Assembly: GCA_964199315.1 (NCBI GenBank)
Contig: OZ116706.1
Coordinates: forward strand, 23,746,001-23,810,000
Direction of reading: 5' to 3'
DNA: 64,000 bases
From: Orbicella franksi
Lineage: Eukaryota
The translations under genes were made by a program, and so were the position numbers. Under the pieces are notes generated by a model. That model made no database searches. It had not been told where the DNA came from and saw nothing but the letters and a program-made list of their open reading frames with translations. Shown here piece after piece: positions 22,805-36,232 of the stretch. Position 1 is the first letter of the stretch. Each line of letters starts with the position of its first letter.

Positions 22805-25218
22805 AACAGTAGAGCAAAATCAGGCCCGAAATTTCCAGTACATTAAAATGAAAACATAGAGAACAAATTAAGTGTCAAAGAACATATTTATATTGATAAA
22901 TGGTGTTTAGCACCCTAATACGATATTGGAAGATATAGTGAATAAATTTGAGTAGAGTCTTAAGCGACCCCAGGCAGGTTCGCAGCTGTGGAGCAAGATA
23001 TAGTTTGACTATTTTCATTCCACTTATACTACTCGCTTGTAGCACACGCTAGCTAATGGCGCGTTTATAATACGCTTAAATGAATTCTTCAATTTCTGAA
23101 AAGCGTTCAGTTGTTGAATAGTATAAGAGAGGCTATAAATGGCACAGTCCACGCCATTATGACCAATAAACAGCCTCAATCGCCTCCTTCTGTTCAAAGA
23201 CAATTTTATTTATTTCCGGCGAGGCACTATGCCGCCGTCTATTTCGCGAGAAATTTGCATGAATTTCAGACTTGATATATCACGCTTGTGTAAGCATGAA
23301 TTCAATAAATTTAGATGCGCAAAACTTGTTCCGCTATCACGTACTGTTCTTACTTTGCACTCTTTCTCGTAGTTTTCGATGTTGGCGCAGGGCACTTTAC
23401 CTATGTTGTTTCTACTCAGTTTAGGAAAACCGCAATTTTCAGTGACGGACTTAAGGCATTGTTTGAAACATTTGCACTTGACAGTGAAGAGCAAATTGTT
23501 GACTAAGGATATCGTGCAATGCTTGTCTTCTGACGTCTTGTTGGTGACTTAACTAATATTTCAAGAGGTGAAAATAAATGGGAGAGAGGTTGTATTGGCA
23601 GTTCAAAGGAGTTCCTCAAATAAATATTGTTTTATTCTAAGGAGGAGACTAGTATTTCAAACAATTCAGTCCAATGTCCTGTGCGCAAATTCCGCTGATG
23701 TACTTACGCAATTTTGTTTACTCCAGTTTGAGAAAGGTCTGTTAATCAGTGGCAATTAACAGATAATTATGTTACGGTATTTGGAACACATGATCTGAAC
23801 GGTTGTTTCAGGGTGTACGATTTGAGCAAAAAATCCCCTAGCCACCGATCAAACATACATGAATTATTTCATATAAACTTCACATCATAAATTTTAATGC
23901 TGTCATTCATCGAACGTTACTTTTCAAAGAATAATGTCAGGGTGCGGTATAATTTTCTCAGTTTATTCAACATGCCGTTAAACAAATATACGAGTGGATG
24001 GTTGGTCGGTGATAAAAATAGCCCGCCTTGCCTGAAGCATTGTTCACAAAGGATACAATGTCGTTTTCGACTTGTATTATTAAACAATTAAATATGCATA
24101 CCAGGTTGACAACATTTTTTGTCTGTGGGATTAATGATTGAACCTCGGCTCTCTTTTCAAGAGCTCCTTTTGTCTTGCATCCTGAAAGCTATTCTCTTAT
24201 GTAACTTCAAATGAATTTGAAAGCAAATTAAATGCTGCTTCAGATGCTTCTAGAGACATTAACGTTGAGTCATGTTAACTGCTTCAGGTCCTGATCATTT
24301 CTGATAATCGTAAATCGCTATTAATAAATTCTAATGTGGTTTCCCAGAAATTAATTGACGACGTCAAAATGTACTTATGTATTTATTTCCTTTTCGCATT
24401 AATGAGGATTATACAAGTGATTAATGTGCAACTGGCAAGTTTTTGGATATGTTTCGTCGGTTTTCTTTACTCAACGCCAAACAGTAGAATAACCTCAACG
24501 TATGGTGATTTAAATATATATGCAGCGAAAAACGTGTAAATAGTATCATGTTGTTGGAGTAAAGAAAGTTCCACATCAATTACGTTGAATACATGAAGGC
24601 AGGAGAACTGCGACGCTGTTATAATACTCATTAACCTTTATTCTCTCAGTACAATAACACAATACTTATGTATGCGGCAACGATTGCATAATATCTATGC
24701 CAGAGACTACATACAGAGAAATAACGCTCTTTACTCCAGTTCTTATCTTGTTACGGAGTTATTTGTAACCTTAACGTCGTGTTGCAAACGAGTAAACACA
24801 AAGTTTATTGACGTGATCGTTTGATTAGTGTTCATTCACTGTGGGTTAATAACAGAACAGACGAAGGGCGGCTGGAATGATGCGATTCAAACAATTTCAT
24901 CGGTTTATTTAGTGGAACGCCAAAAACAGCAAAAAGAATTACTTTTGATTGAATACTTTACAAATGGCTTCCACTGTATTGGTCAATTCATAAGATCGAT
25001 TTCTAGAAAGCCATCGAAATCGGTCAGCATTGGATCAGACGCAATTAATTTGTGTCCCAATTAAGCACGAGACAAGGCCACAATCTTCAATGATGTAAAA
25101 GGGAGGATGTTTATTATTATTTGTTATAAGAGTTGCCTGTTAAATGAAGATTGTATTGAACAATATTCAACTAGTTTATTATACCATGGACTTTACGAAG
25201 GCCAGTTAAACACATTTG

Positions 25219-25244
25219 TGAATGAATGAATGAATGAATGAATG
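25219..25244. repeat. (TGAA)6 microsatellite
   Basis: TGAA x6 plus TG. Confidence 0.9.
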
Positions 25245-26315
25245 TTTTAGAATCCAACAGTGTCCTGTTTTGTACGTGCAATTCGTGCATAAATTAATTA
25301 GTGGAAAATCAGGGAGGCTAAAAGACGTTATTAAATATATTGTTAGTTGATAGCAATATATTTGCTAATGACTTTTTTAATTATTTAATCAAAGAAGGGC
25401 GCTAAATATCTGTTACTACATTACTTTCCGTAATCTTTGCACGTAAATGACAGAGACATTGTGCAAGGACTATTTTTTTTATTTCACAGAAAAATAAATT
25501 CAATTTTGAATACGTAGCATATTGACAGCTAAAATTACAGTGTCCAAAATTGAAAGCACCAGTATTTGAACAAAAGTAACAACACATTTGATGAGTACGT
25601 TTAAAACGTTAGCTAAGGCCACTATAAAACAACAACGCACAATTCAGTTAAGTCTGTTTACTTTGTCTGTTTACTGTTTACTGTGTCCTCGTTTTCGAAA
25701 AACTGTCCCAAACTGTTATGTAGAAACTATTTCTTCGATGAATTCCAATGGATCTTTGAAAGGAAGTTTAACTTCTTCGCTCAAACGTCCGTTAACTAAA
25801 CCCACCTCCCATCATAACCACATGACGCCTCCCGTCACTGCTGGTTTTAGAAACATACGCAGAAGTAGCAACATCCGGATAGTTAGTTTCTTTTGTTAAG
25901 AACAGAAAGCATACGTTACTTAACAGCTCCTTGCTCCGTCCACGCATGTTTCTTACGGTTATGCGCTGGTCAAAATCAGCCATAAAGCGGGCTCACGAGC
26001 CACGTTGCATGCATTAAACAAAGGGCTTGACAAGCCAACTTTAATGTCACCACTAAGAACTTGAGAGATTATTTGCTGTTAAGTCTTTGTTAAATATCAG
26101 GTTGTTGGCTGACGTCCGAAAAAAGACCTCTGATTTTCAACAATTTTGCGTTGTAAATTTTCCGAAGGCATTTCGCAGGTATTTATTTCGCGAAAGTAGT
26201 CAGTGGCGACGTGAAACAACGTAACTTGCAACCCAAGTATTCCAGCGAGCACGCAAGACAAACACATAAATAGAAAGAATACAATTTTCGTATCTAGTTT
26301 CCAGTCTGTCTCTAT

Positions 26316-29300
26316 CTAAGTCCGTGATGAAGGCAGCTCCGTGAGTCCTCGTTCTATAGTGCCCAGGTCCTGTAGGTCGTCCTTGATAATTGTTATGAGA
26401 TGCAGCAGACCCACTTGTTGACGCTCGAGATGCTGTAACAACCAATAACTGTTTATATACCTGACCACCATAGTACCATTATCTAGGCTCTGGGCTTTGT
26501 TTCTAAAGCTAGTGACGAATAACTTTGAGAGGAATGCGGAGCCACTCGAAGTGGTTAACCCTACGTCATACAAGCCGTCGTGACGTCAGCCATGTCAGAA
26601 CAATAACAGGTAGGTATTGCACGGAGCCACATACCCGGAAGCTGGGTTTGTTATGCCTTTGTCTTGTATCTACTTTGACCCATTCAACTCATTTATTTTA
26701 CTACTGTACATTCAGTTTTGCGCCACTAAAAATAACTCCTTTCAATATCAATTGACTTTCAGTTTGACGTGGGAAGACAGGATTTAAACACTTTTCAATA
26801 TTGCTCTAGACTTGATAAGAATCATTTGCTGCAAACATTTCTTACTTGTTTTAGTTGCTCCTGCATAACACCTTCCACTACATATCTGCCATCTACTCGC
26901 CCCAGTCTCTCGCCAGCTTGGCTCTGCCGCAAGCGAATCTGTGACATCATCTCATTTAGACGAGCCTATAAAAAAAACAAAGCAGTGTTAGCTATACGTG
27001 CATCGTAGGAAAAGGTTTAATTTTAACCCGTAAAACGATAATCAAGACGTTTCGAGTGTTTGTCCGTTTTAATACAGAACTGACATCAAAAATAACCTAA
27101 AAGCCTTCTCAAAACTGTTGAAACACTTCAGTTTTCACACATTTCGTCCCTCTCCACCACTGCGCAATGTTGAAAAAACACTTTGAACGGACACATGAAT
27201 GTAGTTTGCCATTTTCCAACATTGAAAGAGGAAATGGTGGAACTAGTTGTTATGATTGTCATTTGAAATGTTCAGTTTTAAACTTAGTATGACGAGGCTT
27301 GTATAACATGAACTGATTCATCCGATCTACCCTTCTTTTAGGAGATTATTGATGGCCCTTGTCCCCAGCACAAGAGTAAACGAAATTCCTTATGCTTAGC
27401 TTGTGCTTATCAGATTATTCCTGATTGAGCTTGATTGTTACTGGCCCGTGAGGCAGGACTGAGACTTTTTTCAATGATCATGCCTGGGACATAGTTGTAT
27501 TGGAAGTGAAATGCGTCAATTTCAGTGCATCAAAACATGTCAAACTTTTAACACTGTCTCGAGGTTTAGGGGACTAAAGCAAAAGAAATCATTCATTTAC
27601 GCATCAATTTGGATGCGGCTTCTTTTGCTTCAGTTTCCCTAGCCCCCGAGCCTTCCTTGGCGTATAACTTAGTCTGGTTGATCTACAACTTAACAGTGCC
27701 TAAAACAACTCCGGTTAGATTTATCGTTGTACACGTTAGTCTGATAAACTGAAAGTTTTTCAGTTTGTCTTTGACCAAAGTTTCATTAAACAAGTTATTT
27801 TTAGAGGTGCGTTTTCCACCTGTAGTTATTTTAAATACTTGCCTTGAACTGTGAAGGCGCGTTTAACTCTGCCTGCAGGCATTCAAGTTGCACTCTGTCA
27901 ATCAATGATAAAGGAAAACAAAACACAGAAAAACGTGAAGTGAACACAACGACCTTAAAACAGGAAAAATATAATCCAACAACACCTTTAAACAAATTTT
28001 CCCTCAGCTCCTAATTATATGTGACCAGGCTCATCACATTTGAACATAATTTTTAGCAAGAAAACGCAGGTACGGTACGTTTTCTTTAAACTCAAGAATA
28101 CAAAACCCAGGAACTTTAAACGTTGGATGAAGCAAGGAAAGGTGGAAGTAGTAGCTAACCTGAGCTGCTCCTCGTCTGCTTGCACAGAGTAACCACTCTT
28201 TCTAACACATTCTTGTTTTATCATGACCTGAAACAAAAAATTCATATTAAAGATTACTCAACATCAACATATTGCTTCGATTGTCATTTCATGTCAGATA
28301 GAACTAGACCTATCTAATCCACGCAGGACCATTTTATTATAGAAAAGCACAAACGGCAATAATCTGAAGGCTTAAATACAACTGATGTCTTTTCGTCAAT
28401 TTCCGTGATAATGCATCCACTTTTCTGGAGAAAAGCACCTTGCGTTAACATGTTGTCAACTCCTAAGCATCGATTTAGCGCCTGTTCCAGATGTTTGGTT
28501 TATAGTTAGGGAGCTGCACAAAGAACGGGACTGGTGCGAAGAACAGGTTTAACAAAGCGAGGTTCCCCTTCGCCCGCACAAACCGAGAGCCTGGCGCAGG
28601 CTAGAAAGCATTTCAGTCGGCAGTCTCTGGGTAACTACTGATAAAAGACACTTAAAAGAACTAGTTTTCTCTTTTGGATGATAATCTATTGTATCATTTG
28701 AAGACCTATCGAGCACTAGCCTCCAAATTTAAAGAGACAGGCCTACGTAATTTTTAATAAGCTTTCCCACTTGATATAAGCAGAAAAACACCATTTTAAT
28801 TTCTGCACACTTTAGCATTTGAATTTCAGTGTAGCATTTATCAGAGTAATTTGACAGCAAGCATCACCTCGAGTATTCTATGGCTTAATTCCAAGTGTTT
28901 CCTTTTGAACTGCGCCAGTTTTGCCATTGTTGTAGCGTGATTATGCCGAAGATCGGCAATCTCTTCACTTATAAGCTGAAAGAAAAAAGGAAAAAAAGAG
29001 AACCTGGTGTAAAGAGGCTAACATAACAGTCGACAATAATATCGACTTGTCGTGCATGTACTGGTGCCAGTTAGGCTGGGGTGTCCACTACCTTGGGATG
29101 GCGACCATACAGTCTTGAAATAGAATGTATAAGTATCTCAAAACAAGTTTATGTTCAGTTTTCTGGAAAGGTTCCATAAATTAAACTTAAACGGAATAAC
29201 GTAATTTAAGGAACGTGCTGTACACTGAAAACAGAATGCTTTGAAGCATATTCATGGATATGATTGCCAGGCACCTTAGCTTTGAAACTTTAAAGGTCGG

Positions 29301-32300
29301 CACACACGAGGGGACTAGCCCCTGCAACTAGTTCCCTGAAGAGCTTACAAGAAGGGACTGGTCGCAGGGATTTGTGCTACGAACAGTTCACTCAAAGCGT
29401 TTTGAGGAACAAAAGTCGCAGGGACTTGTCCCAAAAATTTATTCCAGTTTGAATTCGTGGGACTAGTCGCAAGGACCAAATTTTAGTCCCTGCGACTAGA
29501 TTTTGAAGCAAAAATGGCCAGTTCACACGATGGGACTTGTCCCCGCGACTTGTTGCAGGGATTAGTCGCAGGGGCTAGTGCCCTCGTGTGCGCCGTCCTT
29601 AATGATCGCGTAAACAACAGCGTTCGGCAAGCGCTTTTGCAGCGTTAAGGCCGGTTAGTTTTGCTGCACTGGAGGTGTGGTGGCTTAATCGTTAGCAGTA
29701 ACTTACGGCTAGCCTCTTCTGATGTTGTAATGTCTCCTGCTCTTGAAGCTTTTGTCGTTTTTTCAGTTCACTGAATCCCGTGATTGTTGTTGGAATTAAT
29801 CTAAAGATAATGATTAAATCAAACAAGGTTTCAGTGCGTCACACAGGTGTTATTAGCCAATGTGTTAAGCATTACTTACTGCTGGTCCTTCATACCGTAA
29901 TATTTTTATGATAGGTAGGTTGCAGTTGAGAAGGCATCAAATGCCGGAAGAATAGGATATTTATGTACTCTAGGATTGGACTTATCTGTGATTTTTAACT
30001 GAAGTTTGAAAAAAAAGCACTGCTATCCTTTTAAAAACGCACTGCTGTTCCCCCTCCCCACCCAAAGCAATGTTGAAACTCAGGAGAAATTGCAGGTACT
30101 AGTCTTCAAGATTGTATCTGAGGGGGGGGGGGGGGGGGGAAGAGGTTAGGCAGGTGAAGTTGTATTTGCATCTGGTGTGTGCGCAAAAGTACCAAAAGTG
30201 CAAATTTATCCATTTGTCCATGGTTGCACGCCACTGAGGGGGTAATATCATTAAAAAAGAGTTCGACAGCATTGGTATTTGAAAAGATCCTGCATTAACC
30301 TCCATCAGAAGCTACATCAAGGTCCAATTTGTTTACAGAATACGAAGTAACCTTTCAAACAAGAAGGTTTGCGAAAGATTCTCGTCAATTACCTCTGTGG
30401 ATCGGGGTTGTCCTTTTTTGCCTGCTCCCAAAGAAGAGAATCTATTCCTACAAGAAAAAAACAAAACATCAACGGAAAAAAAAACTCCGATATATATAAC
30501 AAGAGCTGGCTGGCTTGTAAAAGCTCTTGCTACAAGAGTTAAAACAACAGGAAGGTGGAGAACGAGGAGGCCATGCCACACATGACGCATTAGTGTTGCT
30601 GAGATGAAGAAAGGACGCCACAGTTAGCCCAACCTGGTACAACTTACCCCACAGAGTAAGATAGGGAGCCGGGGATTGTAAGCAGCCTAATTCCCCTCTA
30701 CGGAGCAGACAGGCATTGGAAAAATAGTAAGCGTTCTTATTACAGTGACAAGCGGTCTTGCCATTGCCTGTTGTTTATGTTAATAGGAATTTTCAAATAC
30801 CAGGGGATTACATGTAATTCAAAATTTAGGCACTTTTGGTGCTTTGTAATAATTAATACTGAAGTTCAATGACAAAAAAAAAAAAATACTGCTACAACTT
30901 TATCTTTAGTTCATCAATTCTCGAAACAAGTCACAGGTAAGGTGTACACTAACCAGCCGGAGGGTTATCCAGGTACTGTTGTAACTGAGATGGTGACAGA
31001 CTTGTTTTCATCAAAATATTCACAATGCCAATTGTCTGAAGCTGAGCCTGTTGAAAATAGCATTTACAGAAATATTACTATTGTAAACCAAATGGATTAA
31101 ATGACAGTTGAATAAAGCAGGTATTGTGTTGCAGATACTACAGCTGGGTGCGTTTTTCTTGTGTTTGTTGTATAGGTATTGAACTTCTATTGCTTCACAT
31201 CAGTGGTGATCATTTCACCACTGAGCTTTCAATAAAACCTGTTTGCAATCCTAACAAACAGGATTACCGACATTGGACAGTACTGTGAAGTGAAAACTAA
31301 TTAAAAGTGACTGAGGTGACTGCCAAGAGTATCTTTGGTAAGTAGAATTAAAGAACCTTTTCATACAACCATCTTTACCTTGATGTTGGTCTGGTTAAGA
31401 TGCGTGAAAACATCAGTGGCTGGAACAGTTCTAGAGGAACCATTTGGATGTCTTTCAACAACATACATAACCACTTCTGACCTGAGAAACACAAAATAAA
31501 ACATGAATTCAAAATAATTACTACCTATAATTAAGTACCAAGATATTTAGGGAGATATTAATATGAGGTAGGATGACCAAGTGGTTAAAGCAACAAACTT
31601 GAATTGAGAGGTCGCAGGTTCTGAAGAAGTGCTAAAAAAATACCTACCTGTCATCTGGCAGAGGTTTTATCCCTTCTATGCACACCATCAAGGTCGGTTT
31701 ACTTCCTAGACACTTGTGTAGTGCATCCACAAGTCCCTGCTGCACAGCACGCACCTCACTTTCTTTCTTCTTTATCTCAAGAGATAAATGGCCATCCTCA
31801 TTGCTTGCAACAGGAAGACGACTGTAGCCTACAACCTTCAGGCAGAACACATTCCTTACCACACTCAGTTGTATTATACTCAAGCCCTAACTACTCATAG
31901 TTTGAAATTGAGACTGCCATGTACATGTATGTAGAGAAGAAACCTGTTAACCCAGTCACAAATGGGCCACAAAAATTTGGCCATATTTAACGGGGTGGGT
32001 GTATTAAAGGGGTTCTTTATATAAGAAAATGACTGACTGAGCTTTTGTTCAGACTAGAAAAAATTGACAGTTATGTTGAGGTGACCAGGATATTAACAGG
32101 GTGGTCTTAAGGTGGGTTCCACTATACATGTTTAACTTCTTGGAGTTCTGTTTTTGTTATTACTCTTATTTTTATTATGACTTGTTTTTGCCCATCCCTA
32201 GATAATAATTATTGATTTTAATCAATTTGCTCAACATGGATTGAGACAAATATGACATGAAAATAAAACTTAATTAAGAGTGATTCATGTTTAGCATACT

Positions 32301-35300
32301 GTGCATCTATCAGGTTTTGGATGCACACAGGAGTTTCAAGAGCATGAGAGAACTGTAAGAGTTAGTCGAGGCATGTCTGAGAACAACTCTAGCTCAAGTG
32401 CTCTCTAAAAGGCCAAGTGCATGCATACTTCAACAGCTTAACAGATAAAAACTAAGCTACATTTAAAGAATATTAACAAAGCACTTTATTTACTTGTTTC
32501 TGTTGGCTTTCCATAGTAATTTTAAAAAACGAACACTGAAATCATTCATGCCTTCCTGACAGTTTGTTCAGTTTATGTAATTTCATTAAAAAAATTTCAG
32601 GTTACATAGTCGATAAAGCCCTACTTTGTAACATGTTAGCCATTATGTGTATGATACGCAAATTAATTTTCTTTTTAGTAATTTTTGTCATTATAAGATT
32701 TAAGTTTCCTTGGTCATATGTTGTGTTAAACTTACTTTAAAACGACAAAATGGATTTTGAGGTGTAAAGTCAACTGCTCCTTGTTGGTTGTAGAACCCTT
32801 TGCCAGTTCCCCAGTATGCCTGCAGTTGATTCAACTTCGCAATAATGCCATCTCTCTCATCACCATATATCTGAGGCTGAGATAAAGCAGCTGTTAACAG
32901 TGTCAGGGGTGCAACCTGTTGGCCTGCAGGTGCTGCTGACTGGGTTCTCTGCTGTGAAAACAAACCTGACAACAAAACAGAAAGTCCTCAAAACGAGGCT
33001 GTGAACTGCTTCATTTTATTAATACTATTACTTGCTTTGTATAGGCTTAAGACTGGTTTCACAAGCACATAAGCACGAGCATAAGCAGACATTATATGCA
33101 GATGCAGTAAGATGTTGATAGTTAGCAACTTTTGTTATGGAAATTTCTCAACAAAAAGCACTACTTAGCTGCACTCCACTGTGTCTGCGTATGTTTCTTA
33201 TGCTTTTGCTAATGTGCTAATTAGTCTTCAGAAATCAAATGACAAATAATTTAGAGATACAATGTTTCAAGTGGAAAACCTTGCGTTGCACCTCCCTCAT
33301 AATTTATCAGAAAATATAATTATATGAAATAGTAGAAAACCATTACAATATTATTATATAACACCATGAGAGACTTTCACAATTTAACTTCTCTTCTTTA
33401 AAACAGTACTGGTAAACCAATTACCAGTATAATAAATTTTATCATTGATCTTGGAACTCATTGTGTTAGTAAAAATTGTACCTGTAGTGGGTTGCTGACC
33501 AAAGGTGGAAGTACCAAGCCCCTGAGCTGCGCCAAAGCCAGTAGTGAGAGTTCCTCCAAGTGACGGAGCCGTGCTGGAAATTGCTGTACCAAAACCTTTC
33601 AAACAAACAAAGCTTAATAAAATATCAGACACTTCAGGCACTCTGATACATGTGATCCTTGAGTCGAGAAATCAAGTGGTTACTGGGGTTGATGTAGGAA
33701 AATAAACAGTCAATGATTGCATACAAGCAAGTTTTTGCTATCAATATGACTGGTCCTTAAGGTTATTGTACATGTAGACCTCCAGTAAATACTGCAATAT
33801 TGAAAAAAAAAAATCGCCCAATATTACAACACTTCAATGAAAATTCAAAACTTGATGTTATACCGAAACCACTACATAACTCTGTACATGTATGTCAAGT
33901 TTAGAGCATCAATAACATGGAAATAAAAATTAGGAATTTGTTAATGAATGTTAAGTCAGGTTTATTTATTTATTTATTTTAGGATTCGTACAAGTACAGG
34001 TGCTTAACAATAGGACATAAGTCTCCCACTTGGTTAATACACCCACACCCAACCCCCTAGATTTATACAAAATAAACAAAATAAGTAACATCTATTGGCA
34101 TGTTGGCTACTAATTAACAAAAAATAACTTAATATCCTTTTCTGACTGGAAACTAGAAAAGGTTTGGAAAACGTTGGAGGACTCGGAGGATATTATTAAT
34201 ACTGTCCAAAATGCTAAAAAACCACATCTCACAGGTTTGGAGAATACCGCAATACCACCATTCAAGATTAAAATTACTGAAATACCACAACAAAAAATTG
34301 TCCAATACTGTAAACCCCATGTCCTCCTCATTAGCACATGCAATCCTTCAAATGCAAAAATGACAGTGTTTGCTGAACTGAGTTACCTCGCTTTATGTTC
34401 ACACGTACATGTATGACCAAAGAAACTGCACATTGTCAAATCAGCAGATGACGGACTACAAAAATGTGTGAAGCTTTTTTTGATATTTGTTATTGAATGC
34501 TCAGAAAATTTATTTTGACATAGATGAATACATGTAAGTCATTTTGGCCAAGTTTCTTATAACTCTATCAAATCTACATACCCTATTAATTTGCTTGAAG
34601 CAAGAGAATCCATGCAAAAATGAAGCCTGAGTTTTTGGCTCCTTAAGTTTTGCAAGCTTATCACGTCTCCTCGAAGAAGTTGTCATTACAGTCATACCAC
34701 GGACCAATAAAACACAAGCCCGGAACTCCCAAAGATACCTTAGGGTACTATTCTTTCAACCGTTTTTGGAATTTGGTCAAACCATAGGCCTTTCTGGGGC
34801 TAGTGCATCAGATCTTTAAAATTGGTTTTCTTTGCACCCTGCTCTGGTATAGCAGAGACCACAAGTTTAAGTCTCAATTACTTTTTATGCTTTGTTTTAA
34901 TTTGCAAATGTTCACATGAACATGTAAGTTAGACATATGTATATAAAGTACTAAAATGACCTTTTTCATTTTAAAAGGTATTTATTATATTGTCTCATTC
35001 AATAAAATTAATTTTTGGAAGGTCACACTGACTTACAAATCAAGGTAAAGATGATGTAAATACATGATTAAGATCTCTTTTGTGGCAGTGAAAAAAACCA
35101 TGGTGCATTATATTATTAATAATGCACCTTTCAATGTTAGGCCCCAGGGTAAGGGGGCTGGGCATACTCAGGGGGATTTGACATTTTAGCCTATTTTCAC
35201 GTCAAATTCTTTACCCCGGGGGGAAAACACTGATGTCAAATACCCCTTCCCTGGGGCTAAGATGACAAGATGATATAAAGTACTCTCACTGCTACAACCT

Positions 35301-35965
35301 TTCTTTTCCGTCTAGTTAAATCCCAAGCTTTATAAAGAGGCATTTCTCCCAAATGCAAGTGCCTTTTAAACCTGTTTAGTCCAACAAGGACTAATATTCA
35401 ACAATGCAAGGGCAATGAACACATGTGCCCTTGAATAGTGCAGCAATCCCCAGAAGCCCTGGGTAATGTTTTCAACATGGAGGGACTAGTTCCAGGCTCT
35501 TGCATGATCTTGTCAAACTTCCTTGTGTTGCGTCAAATCTTTAACTATTCCACACCAATGGGAAAGGAAATACAGTCAAATCCCCCGGGGATGCCCGGCC
35601 CCTCTACCATGGGGCTTGACATTGACTGGTACATATATACCTATAGGTACATCAACTATAATACGGCATCAAGTAAGACTAATAAGGGTCTAATAAGCAG
35701 ACATGTAAACGTAATTTAACCACCCACCAAAAGTGGAAGATGCAGTTGTCTTAGCGCCAAAGCCAAACACCGTTCCAGTAGCCGCTGTAGTGGTTGTTGC
35801 TCCAAAGCCGGTCCCAAAACTCGTTGTACCAAATAGAGGTTTGTTGGTTGTACTTCCAACCTGGCTCGCCCCAAAAGCACCAAACCCTGTAGCTGTACTT
35901 GATGGAGTCCCAAAACTAAACCCTACACCAGTGGAAGGTTGACTAGTTGCACCGAACAACGACAT
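26316..35965 (-). CDS. NUP54: Nucleoporin p54, 526 aa, 13 exons
   Basis: Exons: 35965-35728, 33595-33482, 32965-32736, 31835-31648, 31481-31379, 31047-30954, 30447-30393, 29800-29707, 28975-28868, 28227-28160, 27894-27843, 26965-26846, 26432-26316. All phases are compatible. N-terminal FG repeats, GDERDGIIAKLNQLQAYWGTGKG, NPFCRFK, LWEQAKKDNPD, RKSGYSVQADEEQLRVQL, IIKDDL. Intron 11 is GC-AG. Confidence 0.95.
29294..29599. mobile_element. PIF/Harbinger-type MITE (TAA TSD) in Nup54 intron
   Basis: TIR AGGTCGGCACACACGAGGGGACTAG / CTAGTGCCCTCGTGTGCGCCGTCCT, TAA on both flanks. Internal GTCGCAGGGACT repeats. Second copy at 56925-57272. Confidence 0.8.
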
Positions 35966-36232
35966 GTCAAAGCTTCATGTAACCAAACCAGATAACCAAC
36001 GAGAAATCACAAAAAGGGACAGGCGTTCTAAGCGCGAAGTTCAACGAACCTGCATGCGTCCAGCAGCTGTTACTTCATGTAAGCGTTCGTAAGGTAACTC
36101 GTTATCTCTCGTAAGTTGAAATGTAATCTCGCGGCATCGTCCGAAATATTTTTTCCCCGGTTTATTTTATGGCAACATCTCAGGGAGTTGTGTGTAGCAT
36201 ACTGTTTAGAGAGAACTTCAGGTTCATATGCA
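35966..36232. promoter_or_regulatory. Putative bidirectional promoter between Nup54 and the POLR1D-like gene
   Basis: Divergent start codons 267 bp apart (35965 minus, 36233 plus). Confidence 0.65.
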
